Below are positions 38,467-49,244 of a stretch of DNA of 64,000 bases, one piece after another. The position numbers and the translations under genes are program-made. The stretch is taken from the NCBI GenBank assembly GCA_004431415.1, contig QPMI01000071.1, positions 124,001 to 188,000 on the forward strand, in the 5' to 3' direction. A model generated the notes under the pieces. That model had not been told where the DNA came from, made no database searches, and saw only the letters and a list, made by a program, of their open reading frames with translations. Positions within the stretch are counted from its first letter, which is position 1; each line of letters opens with the position of its first letter. The DNA is from Cyanophora paradoxa CCMP329. Taxonomy: Eukaryota > Plantae > Glaucophyta.

Positions 38467-40577
38467 GAGGCGGGGAAAGGGGAAGGAGGGGATAGGGGTA
38501 GGGAGGGGGGTAGGGGTGGCCGTAAGAGACGGGCGGGGCGGAGAGTGGGCGCGGCCGCAAGAGCACGGCTAGGAGGGGTGGGAGGGGCGGGGGGAGGGGG
38601 GGTGAGCGGGGGGTACCTCGAAGCCTCCGAGGTAGTCGTCGTCGAAGATGAGGTAGTCGAGGCGGAGGCGCCTCAGGGCGGGCAGCGCCAGGATCGCCTC
38701 CGCCTCCGCCTCCGCCAGCATCCGGTCGAAGCCCAGGGAGAGGTCCGTCAGGGCGCGGCGGACGCCGGCGCTGGCGAGCACGGCGACCACGTCCGCAGGG
38801 CTGCCCACGCGGCCTGCGCATGCACGCATTGAAGTGAGCTTGGCCGGATCGATCGCCTGGCTTCTCTCGCCTCGCCTCGCCTCCGGCCTCACCGCTCAGA
38901 GCAAGGCCGAGCCGCTCGAGGCGGGGGAGGCCTGAGAGCGCCTCGCCTAAGGCCGGGAACGCGGGCGACCCCAGCTCGTGTCGCCCGTAGTTGAGCTGGA
39001 GGCTGAGCTCCCGCAGGCTCGCGGCGCGCCCGAGGGCCCGCACGGACTCCGCCGTCACGCGCCCGGTGCTGAGCTGCGAGGCGCTCAGATCAGCTGATCT
39101 GAGCCGAGGGCGAAGCCGCTGAGCCGCTGAGCGCGGCCTGAGCTTCGAGCACGCGCCTGCATCTCCTCGATGGACTCGAGCTTCGGCATGCGCCCGAGCG
39201 CGTGGAGGACGGCGCTGGAGATGGCATCGGTCGCGGGGGCGAAGTCGAAGCCCTCCTCCGACAAGTCTTCCCCCCTGCAAAGGGCGCGCGCGGCGAGGCG
39301 TCAGATCTGATCTGATCTGATCTGATCCGATTCGATCCGATCGCGCACCAGGAGAACGGTCTTCGGGCGAACGCGACGCGGCGAAGGCTCTGGCCGGCGG
39401 GGCCGTCGCCGAGCGCGAGGACGCGGTCGGAGACGGGGCTTCCGCCCGTGAACAGAGCGACGAGCTCCTCGAGGTGCGCGAGCGGCGCGAGGGCCGCCAG
39501 CGCCTCGCCGGCGGCCTCGCCGCAGAGCTGGAGTGTGAGGTAGCGGAGGAGGGGGCAGCAGGCCGCGACGGCGGCCGCCGCCTCCGGGCCGACGCCGGCG
39601 TCGAAGCGGTCGAACGTGAGAGCGAGGGACCGCAGCCGGCCGAAGTGGGCGAGCGCCGCCCGCAGCTCGGCGGCCGGCGGCCACGGCGGCGGCGGCGCAG
39701 TCGACCGGCCCTGGCCCTGGCTCTCTTGAACGACGAGGAAGCCGACGCAGAGCCTCTCGAGGCCGCTGGGCGCCCCGCTCGGCGGCTGCATCGCCCGCAG
39801 CACGCCCAGAAGGTAGTCGCCGACCCACTTGTGGCTGCAGGACAGGCGCTGCTTCCCGGCGCCGAGCTCGAGGCTGATCCCCCGCGGCTGCGCAGGGCCG
39901 CTATGGCTATGGTTGCGCGCGACGGCCGCGAGGAGCCTGCACGTCGCGTCGACCGCGCGCTGCTCGCTCTGCCTCGGTGCTTTCGCGCCCGGCGCGAGCT
40001 CCACGCTGAGCGATACGCTGGCGCCCGCGCCGAGCCGCAGCTTCCTCTGCTCGAAGAGCTCCGACACGCCATCGAACGCGAGCTCGCCGCTCTGCTCCGC
40101 ATCGCTCTGCTCGCCGCCGCCGCTTGCTTTGGCCTCGGATGCAGCTGCGGCTGCAGGCTTGCGCCGCGTGCTCCGATCGCTAGCTGCAACTGCGCTGCCC
40201 GAGGAAGCTTTCCCGCCCTTGCTGGAATTGAATTGCCTCAAACGCAGCTCTACGTCCGTCCACGCAGTCTCCTCGATGATTCGCCGCCACCGCCTGCGCT
40301 CCGCCGCCTCGTTAGCTAAGAAGCAGTGCGGGCGCTCAGGCAGCAGAATTTGAATACTGGGATGCGCGAACCTGCACACGCCGCGCAGGGTCCAGCTCTC
40401 CCGCAGCCCGAGCGTCTTGAATGCGTTGCGAATGGCCGTGTCCGGCAGCGCGTCGACCGCTGCAGCTGCCACAGCTTGCGGCGACGTTGACGCGGGCGCG
40501 GCGGCAGCCGGTTCTCCGACGCGAGCCCGCTTCTCCGCACGCCCTCCTAACTTCCGACTCGCGGCGGTACTCGACAT
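38196..40577 (-). CDS. F-box / LRR protein, copy 3 (acidic C-terminal tail)
   Basis: MSSTAASRKLGGRAEKRAR..VDALPDTAIRNAFKTLGLRESWTLRGVCR|RWRR; LRRs as in the other copies; ends LFGARLPEWDYEDEEEEGEE.. The stop position is uncertain because of the G/A run. Confidence 0.78.
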
Positions 40578-40874
40578 CGTTTGCCGCTCCCGGCAGGTCT
40601 GCGGCCTCTCGCTCAGCGGGCGGTGAGCTGCGTGGGGCGAGCGCGCGCGTCTCGCACCTCGCACGCGCTGCCACGCAGCAGCTAGCGGCTGTTCACTTGC
40701 TGTCCTTGCTCTAGAGCTCTGCCAGCGCTTTGATGGTCGGCAATCGTACGCGTACCCCGGCGAGCCCAGCTCAGCTCCAGCTTCGCGCGTGCTAGAGCCC
40801 CGCCGGTGCTTCCGTGGCCGGTCTTTGCGTTCAGTCAACGCCGCCGGCGAGGCCTGCCCTCGCGCGCTCGCATG

Positions 40875-41720
40875 CTCGTTCGACGAACATGGGGCGCTTG
40901 CAGCTCGTCGGTCCCGCGCGTGCCGGCGACGCGCAGCGATGTGCAGAGGCTGTGGAGCGTCCTCGGAGCTGACCGGCTCCGCCTCGTCTGCTCGTGAGCC
41001 CGGCTTCATGGCGCCGTGAGTGCGGAGCTCCGCGGGCCGATCGTTCGTGTTCAGCGCTGACTGATGTGCGGGCCCGTGCAGGCTAGTGTCGCTGCGGTCG
41101 GTCTCTCGTTTCGACGCGTCGAGTCGGCCGGTGCGGGTGCGCTTCCCCCGCACGAGGCCGCGTCGAGCTCTGAACGGATCCCTTGCAGTTCTAGAGGTGC
41201 GAAGGGAAGTTTCCAAGCGGGCCCGCCTTCCGCCGCTCTGCGCCGCCCCGCGGGCGCTTCCAGCCGCCTTCCCGCGTTCATCGCTCGGCAGGACCGTCCC
41301 ATCGACTGCGCTCGACGGCAAGGGGGCTCCGTTCAAGTTTCAGAAGATCATCTGTGCGTTGCAGACCGGACCCGCCGCCCTTTTGCAGCCCCTGGCACCA
41401 GCTGACGCTCGGCTCCGCCAGTTTTTCCGCTGTACCCCTCTGCCATCGCGCCGCGGAGGCCCGCGGTCTTCACATTCGGACCCTCCGCGTCGTTCCCGTT
41501 CGAACGGTGTGCGGCACCCCGTGGGCCGGCGTCGAAAGATCCTGTACCCCCCCTCACCCCCGCCGGCCGGCCTTCGCCCCAGGACCCCGTTGTTTTTCCT
41601 CCCGCCCCTTTCGAGGGCGGCGGATCCGATGGTGAGCTTCCCGTGGGCCACCGCTGCGCGCTCGGGGATCTTATTCTTACCCCCGCCCTGAATCACGTAC
41701 CCCCGCGCTTCGGCAAGCGA
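40875..41720. repeat. ~1-kb dispersed block, copy D
   Basis: Same core; 132 bp identical to copy A. Confidence 0.88.
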
Positions 41721-42185
41721 GCCGGCGGCCGCGGGGCCTCGCGCCAACCGGGCGCCTCTCCTCCCCCCCCCCTCCCCCGTCTCCCCGCAACGCCGCAGCG
41801 CCGGGCCGGACAAGCGGGCGGGCGGGCAGGCGATCCCCCGCGCGGGAGGAAGCCTCCTCGAGCGCCCGGCCAGCCCCCGCTCTTCTCTTCTCCCGGCTGG
41901 AGCTCGCATCTCAGCGCCCCGCCCCGCTTGGATCTGACCCCCGGGGCCCTCGATCTCCCCGCCCGGCCGCGCTCCCAGCTCCCCCAAGCCCCGTGCCGCC
42001 CCTCTCCAACCGCCAGCCCCCTAGGCCTCGCCCCCTCCTCCCCCCCCTCCCGCCGGTCCCTCCGCCGGCCCCCGCCGCAAAAATTCGTACAAGTGGTTTC
42101 GTTGAGTGTGCGGCAGCCGAACGAGGGCCGGGACGGTGTGGGAGAAGCTAGGCACGGAGGATCCAGAGGGGCAAGAGTCCGTCGG

Positions 42186-44625
42186 TCATGGTAACCCGAA
42201 TTTGCGGATACACGTCGGCGGGCGCCCGACGGCGCCCTGCACTTTCCGCACGGCCCCGTCCGCACTCTTCAGCTTGCTCTTCGGCGAGAGGCGCAGCCCG
42301 ACTTTCAGATCGACCTCGGGGCGGAGGCCGCGCAGAATCTGGCGGGCGCGCGGTCGGCCGAGGTTGGTGGGTGGCTGGGCGGTGTGAGACAGACTGGAAG
42401 TCACCTCGAACGGGCGAAGGGAAGAATCGTTCAGGTAATGCGAGGCGATAAAAAGGCGCTCGAGGGCGGGCAGGGCAAGGATCGCCTCCGCCTCTGCCTC
42501 CTCCAGCGGACGGTCGACTTGCAGGAAGAGGTACACGAGGGCGCGCCGCGCGCTGTCGCTTGCGAGTAGGGCAGCGATGTGTCCAGAGGCCGTGATGTTG
42601 GAGGCTGCATGTGCGCATGCGTCCCGTTAGGACGGGAAAAAGATTTAGAGCGGAGGCCTAGGGTGCACGTGCAGGAAGCTGGACTGGAGTCTAGAAGGGT
42701 TCCTCGAAATTAGTCCGATATATATAGGGCGTGAATTAAAATTAGAGATGAATCCTAAAGCGATCGCGAGTGCCTGCGAGGGCAAGGACTATAGCTAGGA
42801 TATCGATATATCGACTGTGCGCTTACTGTGGTAGAGAGACATCTCGAGTCTGGCGAGGCGGGGCAGGCCGGAGAGGGCCGTGCCGATGGCGTGTGCAGTT
42901 GCGAGATCGCGCAACTGAAACGTGACGTCCAAACCCGCGAGGGTGCGCTGCACGCCGGCACTGCCGAGGAACGCGATGAAAACTTCGTAGTACTTTGACT
43001 CTGGAAAGCCTGCGCATGCAGTCGATCGATATCGTGTGAAGGCCCGGTCATAATTATACGGACGAGCACGCGCCGCCGGCGCGTCATTATTTACCAGACA
43101 GGCCCATCCGCAGCGTCTCCAGGCGAGAGAGGCTTGCAACCGTCTCGGCCAGAGCGCGCAGGGTGCCCGAGGCTTGCGCAACGTTCCTAGGATCGAAGTC
43201 CAGGCGAGCCTCCCGCAGGTTCGTAAGGCGGCCGAGGGCGCGGGCGGCGGTCGGCCCTGTCTCATTTGCGCTGATCATGATCTGCGGCGGGTCAACCGAG
43301 GCGAGGTCGTGCCGGAGACTCAGAAACGGACCTTCAGGCCTTCGACGTACTCCAGGAGCGGCAAGCGGCCGAGCGCGCGCAGGACGCCATCGCTGAGTTC
43401 GATCGGCTCGGACTCGCCGTCAGAAGGTCTAGATCTGCGAACCGTCTGTACAGACAAATATAGAGCGGGCAAGCAGGCAAGCGCACGTCAGCTGCCCGCG
43501 GCCGGTCTCAAAAACAGCAGCGATGGTCTGGAAACTCCGGGCGGCGATGCGGCGCAGGCTCTGGCCGGCGGGACCATTCGCGATCGCTGCCACGCCAGCA
43601 GCCAGATTGAACGATCGCGAGCGGTTGAAGGAGCACGGGCACTGCATCACCAGCTCCTCTAGGTGCGCGAGACGAGCGAAAGCCGCAAGAACTCCGTCTG
43701 AGGACGACTTTTGGGGGTGGAGGCTGACCGAAACGGAGCGGAGGAGGGGGCAGGTGGCGGCGATGGCCGTCGCGGCCTCGCGGCTGACTTCAATGAGGGG
43801 GTTGGAGAAGACGAGAGAGAGGGAGCGCAAATTGCGGAAGGGGGTGAGGGCGGCCTGCAGCTCGGCGGCGTCGGGCCACGGCAACAAATCCTGCGACTCG
43901 CTGGCGACATCGCTGTGCTCGGCGCGAATTCCCAAGTGGAGGCTCTCGAGTGCGCTGGGAACTCCCTCGAAAGGACGCAGCGTAGACAGCACTCCGAGCA
44001 AATAGGCACGAAGAAAATGAGATTGGCTGGTGCTCTTGGCGCCGGCGGCCTTCTTTTTGAAAAGAGCGACGACCTCCCGTGGCTGCCGCTAGCGCTGCTG
44101 CTGCCGGCCGCGGGTGATTGCGGCCAGGAGACGGGCCGCCGCCTCGACGGTGCGGAACTCGAGGTCGAAGTGCTTTGAAAGCTCCGAACCGAGCACGATG
44201 CTGGCGCCCGCGCTGAGCTGCAGCTTGCCCTTTTCGACAAGAGCCGCCGCGGAATCGAATAATCCCTCCGCTTTCCGTTCTTTGAGTTGCAGCTCCAATT
44301 TCGCCCACTCCGTGCCCTCCACCAAACGCCGCCAACGCCTGCGTGCACGTGAGCTCGAGCAAGGGAAGCGCGGAAAATTGAATTGCGGTTCCTCGATGGC
44401 GAGCAACGCGAACCTGCACACGCCGCGCAGAGGCCAGCTTTCCCACAGCCCGAGCGTCTTGAAGACTTGTTCGCCCATCAACGCGTCTGGAAGTGAGTCG
44501 ATATCGATCCCGCGGCATGTCATTGTAGCTGCAGCCGCAGCTGGCACGAGCTCTAGATCTTCGACGCGGGCACGCTTCTCCGCACGCCGTCCTCTTGACT
44601 GGCGACTCCCCGCGGCGCTTGACAT
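42186..44625 (-). CDS. F-box / LRR protein, copy 4
   Basis: MSSAAGSRQSRGRRAEKRAR..IDSLPDALMGEQVFKTLGLWESWPLRGVCR|RWRR; LRRs (LESLHL, LRSLSL, CPLLRSVSV, LAHLEEL, LTNLREARL, LPRLARLEM, LPALERLFI). It has one more LRR exon than copies 1-3. Confidence 0.78.
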
Positions 44626-46525
44626 CAATCGACGGCGCGGAGCACGCCTTGCTTCAAATTCGATGGCGGGAATGGATGGGGGGGGGGGGGGGGGGATTAA
44701 ATAGGGGAGGGAAAGGAATTCGAAAGGCGAGCCTAGAGGGGGGGGGGGGGGAAGAGGGGGGGGGAGGGTGAGGGGGGCGGGCGAGCCTAGAGGAGGAAGG
44801 AATTCGAATATATATTTAGGAGCTAGCTATAGCTATTAGCTATAGCAAGTTCTTGAGAGAGAAGCTATATATAGAAGCTATAAAAGGTGCCTGCCAGGCT
44901 GGTTTCCCTTTTTACAAGTTATGTTCGAGAGGAGAGTCGAAGCCAAAATATAACTGCCACAGGGGACGTCGACCGTCCGACGGTCGACGTCGGACTCCCG
45001 GGTCTCAGAGTCTGGGATCGAAAATTGTTTGCAAGGCGGATCCGGAGGCCTAGCTATAAATAGGGTCAGCAAGTCACGTTCACGGAGGATTCTCAGTGAA
45101 GTCACTAGGATCGATCACGAACCCCAATCGGGCGATCGGTCGGTGTGAACCGGGCGCGCCGGGCGGTGTGCACCTCGAGCGTCAAAATGTCCTAGGAGGG
45201 GTGGCTGCCGCAGTGCCGCCGGGCCGGTTTCCTCGGCGACTGTGATCATGAGGCTGTCTGCAGGCCACCCATCGATATCCCGCGACGCGGGTCCGAGCCC
45301 TGCGTATGCGGGTCAGGCGCCGGCTCAGGCCGACCGGGGTACAAAGGGGTACATCGTGGGGTACGTCTTTTTCGCTTCCCTTCGGGCCTCGGCCGCGGGC
45401 CAGGCCGTGCTGATCATGAGGCGATGATCCTTCCTCGCAAACAGCCCCCCCCCCCCCCCCCCCCCACCCCCCCCCCACCCCCACCCGCCCCCGCCTTCCT
45501 CCGGATCCCCCCCCCCCCCCCCCCCCCCCGAACTCCCGAGTCCCATCGAGCTCCCCCCCCTCCCTCCCCTCTCCCGGCCCCCTTCCTTCGACCGTACTCG
45601 TACCGTAGTACTACGGTACGCCTATCCCGCAACACGGCTCGGAGCGCTACGGGGCGGGCTCAAGTGTGTATGCTGAGAAGCAATTGCAAGCGAGGTGAAC
45701 AAGGAAGCTTAAGCTCCGAAACGGACTGTAATCATGAAGTACTACGGTATAACTGAGCGGAAGGCCGATAGTGAATACAAAAGAGCACCCCATGCGCATC
45801 CCGCATAAAGTATATCATTGAACGGCGTAGAAAAACACCGATTGCGATCGAAACTCGATATCGATACTCTATTATTTGTTTGTTCGATTCTCGAATTCGA
45901 ATTAAAGAAATCTACGTATTTATAAATTATACGTATACGTCTCGAGTCTCACCACGAGTTCTGCACAGATCTAGACTGCGCATGCATATATAAATCTGAT
46001 TTACCCATGAAAGCAGCTGTTTGACAGTTCCCGAGCCCTTCTATACATATTATATATATATACTGAGTACATGCTTGAGTCTCATGATCAACCATTGAGA
46101 GAACTCGCCGGAACTTACGAAACTGTCAGGAGAAATGGATCCTGATCATGAGTCTCGAGCGTTTTGTTTCGAAAACTAATTAGCAGAGAGTATACTAACG
46201 AACTACAGTTTTTCAGTCTTGAGTGCATGCATATGCATGAATTCGAATCTCAATCACTGTACTAGGGTAAGAACTCCGCAGGCTCGGAACTAACAAACTA
46301 TGAAAACTATACGTATACTATGATCATGAGCAGAACTGGAGTCTCGCACACTCAGTTTCGCGAACTAAATAACTGTGAATATACTAACGAGCTAGCACCA
46401 CAGTTTCACTGTCACAAATTGTATAAATACGGACACGAACTCATTCTAAGACATCGAGTTTAAATTTCAGACTATTAAAGCTCGTAGAAAAACTTTACCG
46501 CGTCGGACTAGTACTATCAAAGCTC

Positions 46526-46824
46526 TTACGAGAGCACCTTGACGTCTACGTTGTCGACAGCTAGCGCTGGCTGCGCGCGTGGGAGCGCAGGCTTGGCGCG
46601 AGCTGGGGCGTCGTTGCCACCGTATACGTCCTCTTCGAACGAGGACGCGCGCGGCGCCGGTGCCGGCGCACCGATGTGCACGACGGTCGTGGACGACATT
46701 GGCATTGCTGCCGAGCCAAGGCCGCTGGCGTTCGCGGACCGCCGCTCCAATTTCGCCCGGCGCCTCTTCACGATGACAAAGGCTGCGATGGCGGCGATGG
46801 CGCACACGGCCACCCCACCCACGA
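46526..46824 (-). CDS. 3' exon of a host type-I membrane protein (TM helix + cytosolic tail); upstream exons displaced by the viral insertion
   Basis: VVGGVAVCAIAAIAAFVIVKRRRAK (TM + basic stop-transfer), preceded on the minus strand by CTAAC..TTCGCAG (branch point + 3' splice site). GC-rich like the host. Confidence 0.6.
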
Positions 46825-47264
46825 CTGCGAACGGAGGGCGCAGTCGTAAGCCGGAGTTAGTGGTGGCGGCGGGGCGGGAGCGCTCGCATGGGGGTAGCCC
46901 CCACCAATTGCGCGACCTTCCCGCGACCATTTTCAATAAGCACATTTTCAGCATCACGAATCTCAGTCACAAAATCACAAATTCGCACTGAGCCACATTG
47001 TATTTTTCAAACATCTAACCCTTCCTTACTGAAACCAATCACGAAACCCTTTCATTCTTCATTTTTCTAATTCCTTACCATTCCCAGTAAGCCCTTTAAC
47101 TTTCCCCCGATCTCTCAGTAAGGACAGTAAGACCCTCATTTTTACGAAATGTTCCCGATCGTTTCCGGACTGTTTTCAGTTACCCAAATTGAAAAATCAA
47201 GGTGAGCCCCACCAATTAAACAAGTGATCCCCACTTAAAGACTTCCAGTTAATATACTGTAACA

Positions 47265-47587
47265 ATGGCAAGCAATCAAGTAAATCTACCTGAGACTAAG
47301 CGGTGCAATGTTTGCGATAAGGTAAAACCGGCATCGAGTTATGCATTGCAAAAGCGTAGCTCAGGAATGTTACTTTAAATTGGAGATGCAAAGTCTGCGA
47401 CCGAGACTATCACAATTACCTTTATCATTTCGTGTTAAAAACGCGTCCGAAAATCGAAGTGCAATCGAAGGTATGCTCGCACTGCAAGATTGAAAAGCCT
47501 GCAAGCGAGTATAATAAAAAACAAAGCACAAAGGATGGTCTCTACTATCAATGCCGAGAATGTTATAGTAAAACTCGTAAGAGTTAA
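47265..47587 (+). CDS. Small protein with two tandem CxxC..CxxC zinc ribbons (frameshifted; not in the ORF track)
   Basis: KRCNVCDKVKPASSY../LNWRCKVC and KVCSHCKIEKPASEYNKNK../DGLYYQCREC can be read across two single-base shifts. This is the zinc-ribbon pattern seen in viral HNH/endonuclease VII-associated proteins. Confidence 0.65.
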
Positions 47588-47770
47588 AACCGAATTGCAC
47601 TTTATCTATTCTTTTTAAAGCAAGTTTGTGCTGCCGAAAATGCCCACCTGCACAAACTTGCGAACTCAATCGAAATGTACTGGAACCACTCGCGCCCCGC
47701 CCACTATGCAAGATACATGCGAACAACATGCGAGATACATATATAAATTGTTTTTCTCTTCCTATAATAA

Positions 47771-48579
47771 ATGAAGACTCACTTTTACCATAAATATACC
47801 GGCAACAAGTATAATGAAATGGATACGATCTATCCATATATCGATTTAGAAGGAATTAATAAAGTTATAGAACCGTTTTGTGGTTCAGGTGCTTGTAGTT
47901 TCTATCTTTGGGAAAAGCATAAAGACCGGTTTGATTATTATATGAATGATAACGACGAAACCCATACCCTTTTTTGAATACAATGAAAGACCCAGACAAT
48001 AAAGTTAAACTCTTAGAGAGTCTTAAACAGTTCGAAGCAGTAAGCAATATAGAAGAGCATAAAGAAGTCTATAAGAAGTTTCTACAACATGATCGTAAAG
48101 ATGCAATGGATTACTTAGCTCACCATTTCTATCTTCTTAAAAACAGCGTTTTAAATGTTAAAACCCTCCGTGATTTCAAAAAACGAAACGTGAAGGTGAG
48201 TCCATATACAACTCTTAAAAAGAAGATACCTTACGATGATTTTATTAAAGGAGCCAGCCTATCCCATGGGGATTTTCGCGATATTGTAGCCAAATATAGA
48301 GATGATGAAGCGGCTTTTATATTTCTCGATCCTCCATACGTAAACAGCAATAATGACTTTTACGAAAATGTAGAATTCGATTTAGAAACCTTCTTTTTGG
48401 ATTTGGAAGACCTATTTAAGACAGCGAAATGCAAGGTTATGATGGTTGTAAATGATGCTCTTTTAATGAAACTCCTATTTAAACCCTATATTCGCCATAC
48501 GTATGGCAAAGTGTATGGTATAACAAAACGAAAAAGGAACCATATCATAATGACTAACTATGAACTTGGTGAAAAATAA
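47771..48579 (+). CDS. dam: D12-class (Dam-like) N6-adenine DNA methyltransferase; one frameshift in the T6 run at 47970-47975
   Basis: Motif X KYTGNK, motif I EPFCGSG, motif II YMNDND, motif IV FIFLDPPY. One extra T fuses ORFs 47771-47977 and 47974-48579. Target sequence unknown. Confidence 0.88.
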
Positions 48580-48824
48580 CGACTCAGTCATATATATATT
48601 TCGTATATATGTCCGAACCTCCGTGTGTGTGATCCCGCACAACTTTGAATTTTTTGTGTTTTTTTTGTTTTTTTCGAAACCGCCACGCAAACCGACAAAT
48701 CACTGCATCTCTTCACCAACTCATCGCCTTGCAAAACCAAAAATAGCGCCGTGACCGTCTTGACGAGGCTAACACGACCATGTAAGTATCATAGGGTCAT
48801 TAAATATTTGTTTTATAATTAATA

Positions 48825-49217
48825 ATGGATTCCCGATACCGCGGCTACCACGTTATGCTCGACTATATAACCGAGCCGTTTACTGAGTCCCCGGAGGCAT
48901 GCGCCGAGTGGATCACAGCGAACCTATCGCAATATATCACAGATCGCAATATGCGCATCGTGCACCAGCACACATGCATTTTCGATGGCTCTAATTCCCC
49001 TCCCGGTTTCGCGATTGGCTTTCTATTAGATGAGTCGCATGCCACAGCTCACTCTTATAGCGACCAGGGGCTATTAGCGATCGATATCTTTACATGCGGC
49101 TCAAATGCCGAAGCGAAGACAATGGGTATAGCACAGGACATTAACGATCTCATACAGGAAAGGCTGAAAGTGCGAAAGTGGGACTTACAGGTCGAGCAAA
49201 GGTTCCCAATTTCATAA
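48825..49217 (+). CDS. speD: S-adenosylmethionine decarboxylase proenzyme (prokaryotic class 1b-type, pyruvoyl-dependent)
   Basis: 130 aa; N-terminal GYHVMLD, PPGF..FLLDE/SH autoprocessing motif, HSY..G..AIDIFTCG. Confidence 0.88.
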   Translation: MDSRYRGYHVMLDYITEPFTESPEACAEWITANLSQYITDRNMRIVHQHTCIFDGSNSPPGFAIGFLLDESHATAHSYSDQGLLAIDIFTCGSNAEAKTMGIAQDINDLIQERLKVRKWDLQVEQRFPIS

Positions 49218-49244
49218 AAAATGAAAAAAACGACAGATATATTT

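Noticed and set aside
100-46500. Numerous long Pro/Arg/Gly/Ala-rich ORFs in the six-frame track (for example 37883-40189, 26656-27666, 31265-32074)
   Set aside because: Expected shadow ORFs in very GC-rich DNA. They overlap better-supported spliced genes or repeats and have no domain motifs.
47370-47837. 155-aa minus-strand ORF, and the 64-71-aa ORFs at 48475-48754
   Set aside because: Antisense or overlapping to the better-supported zinc-ribbon and MTase genes; no motifs.
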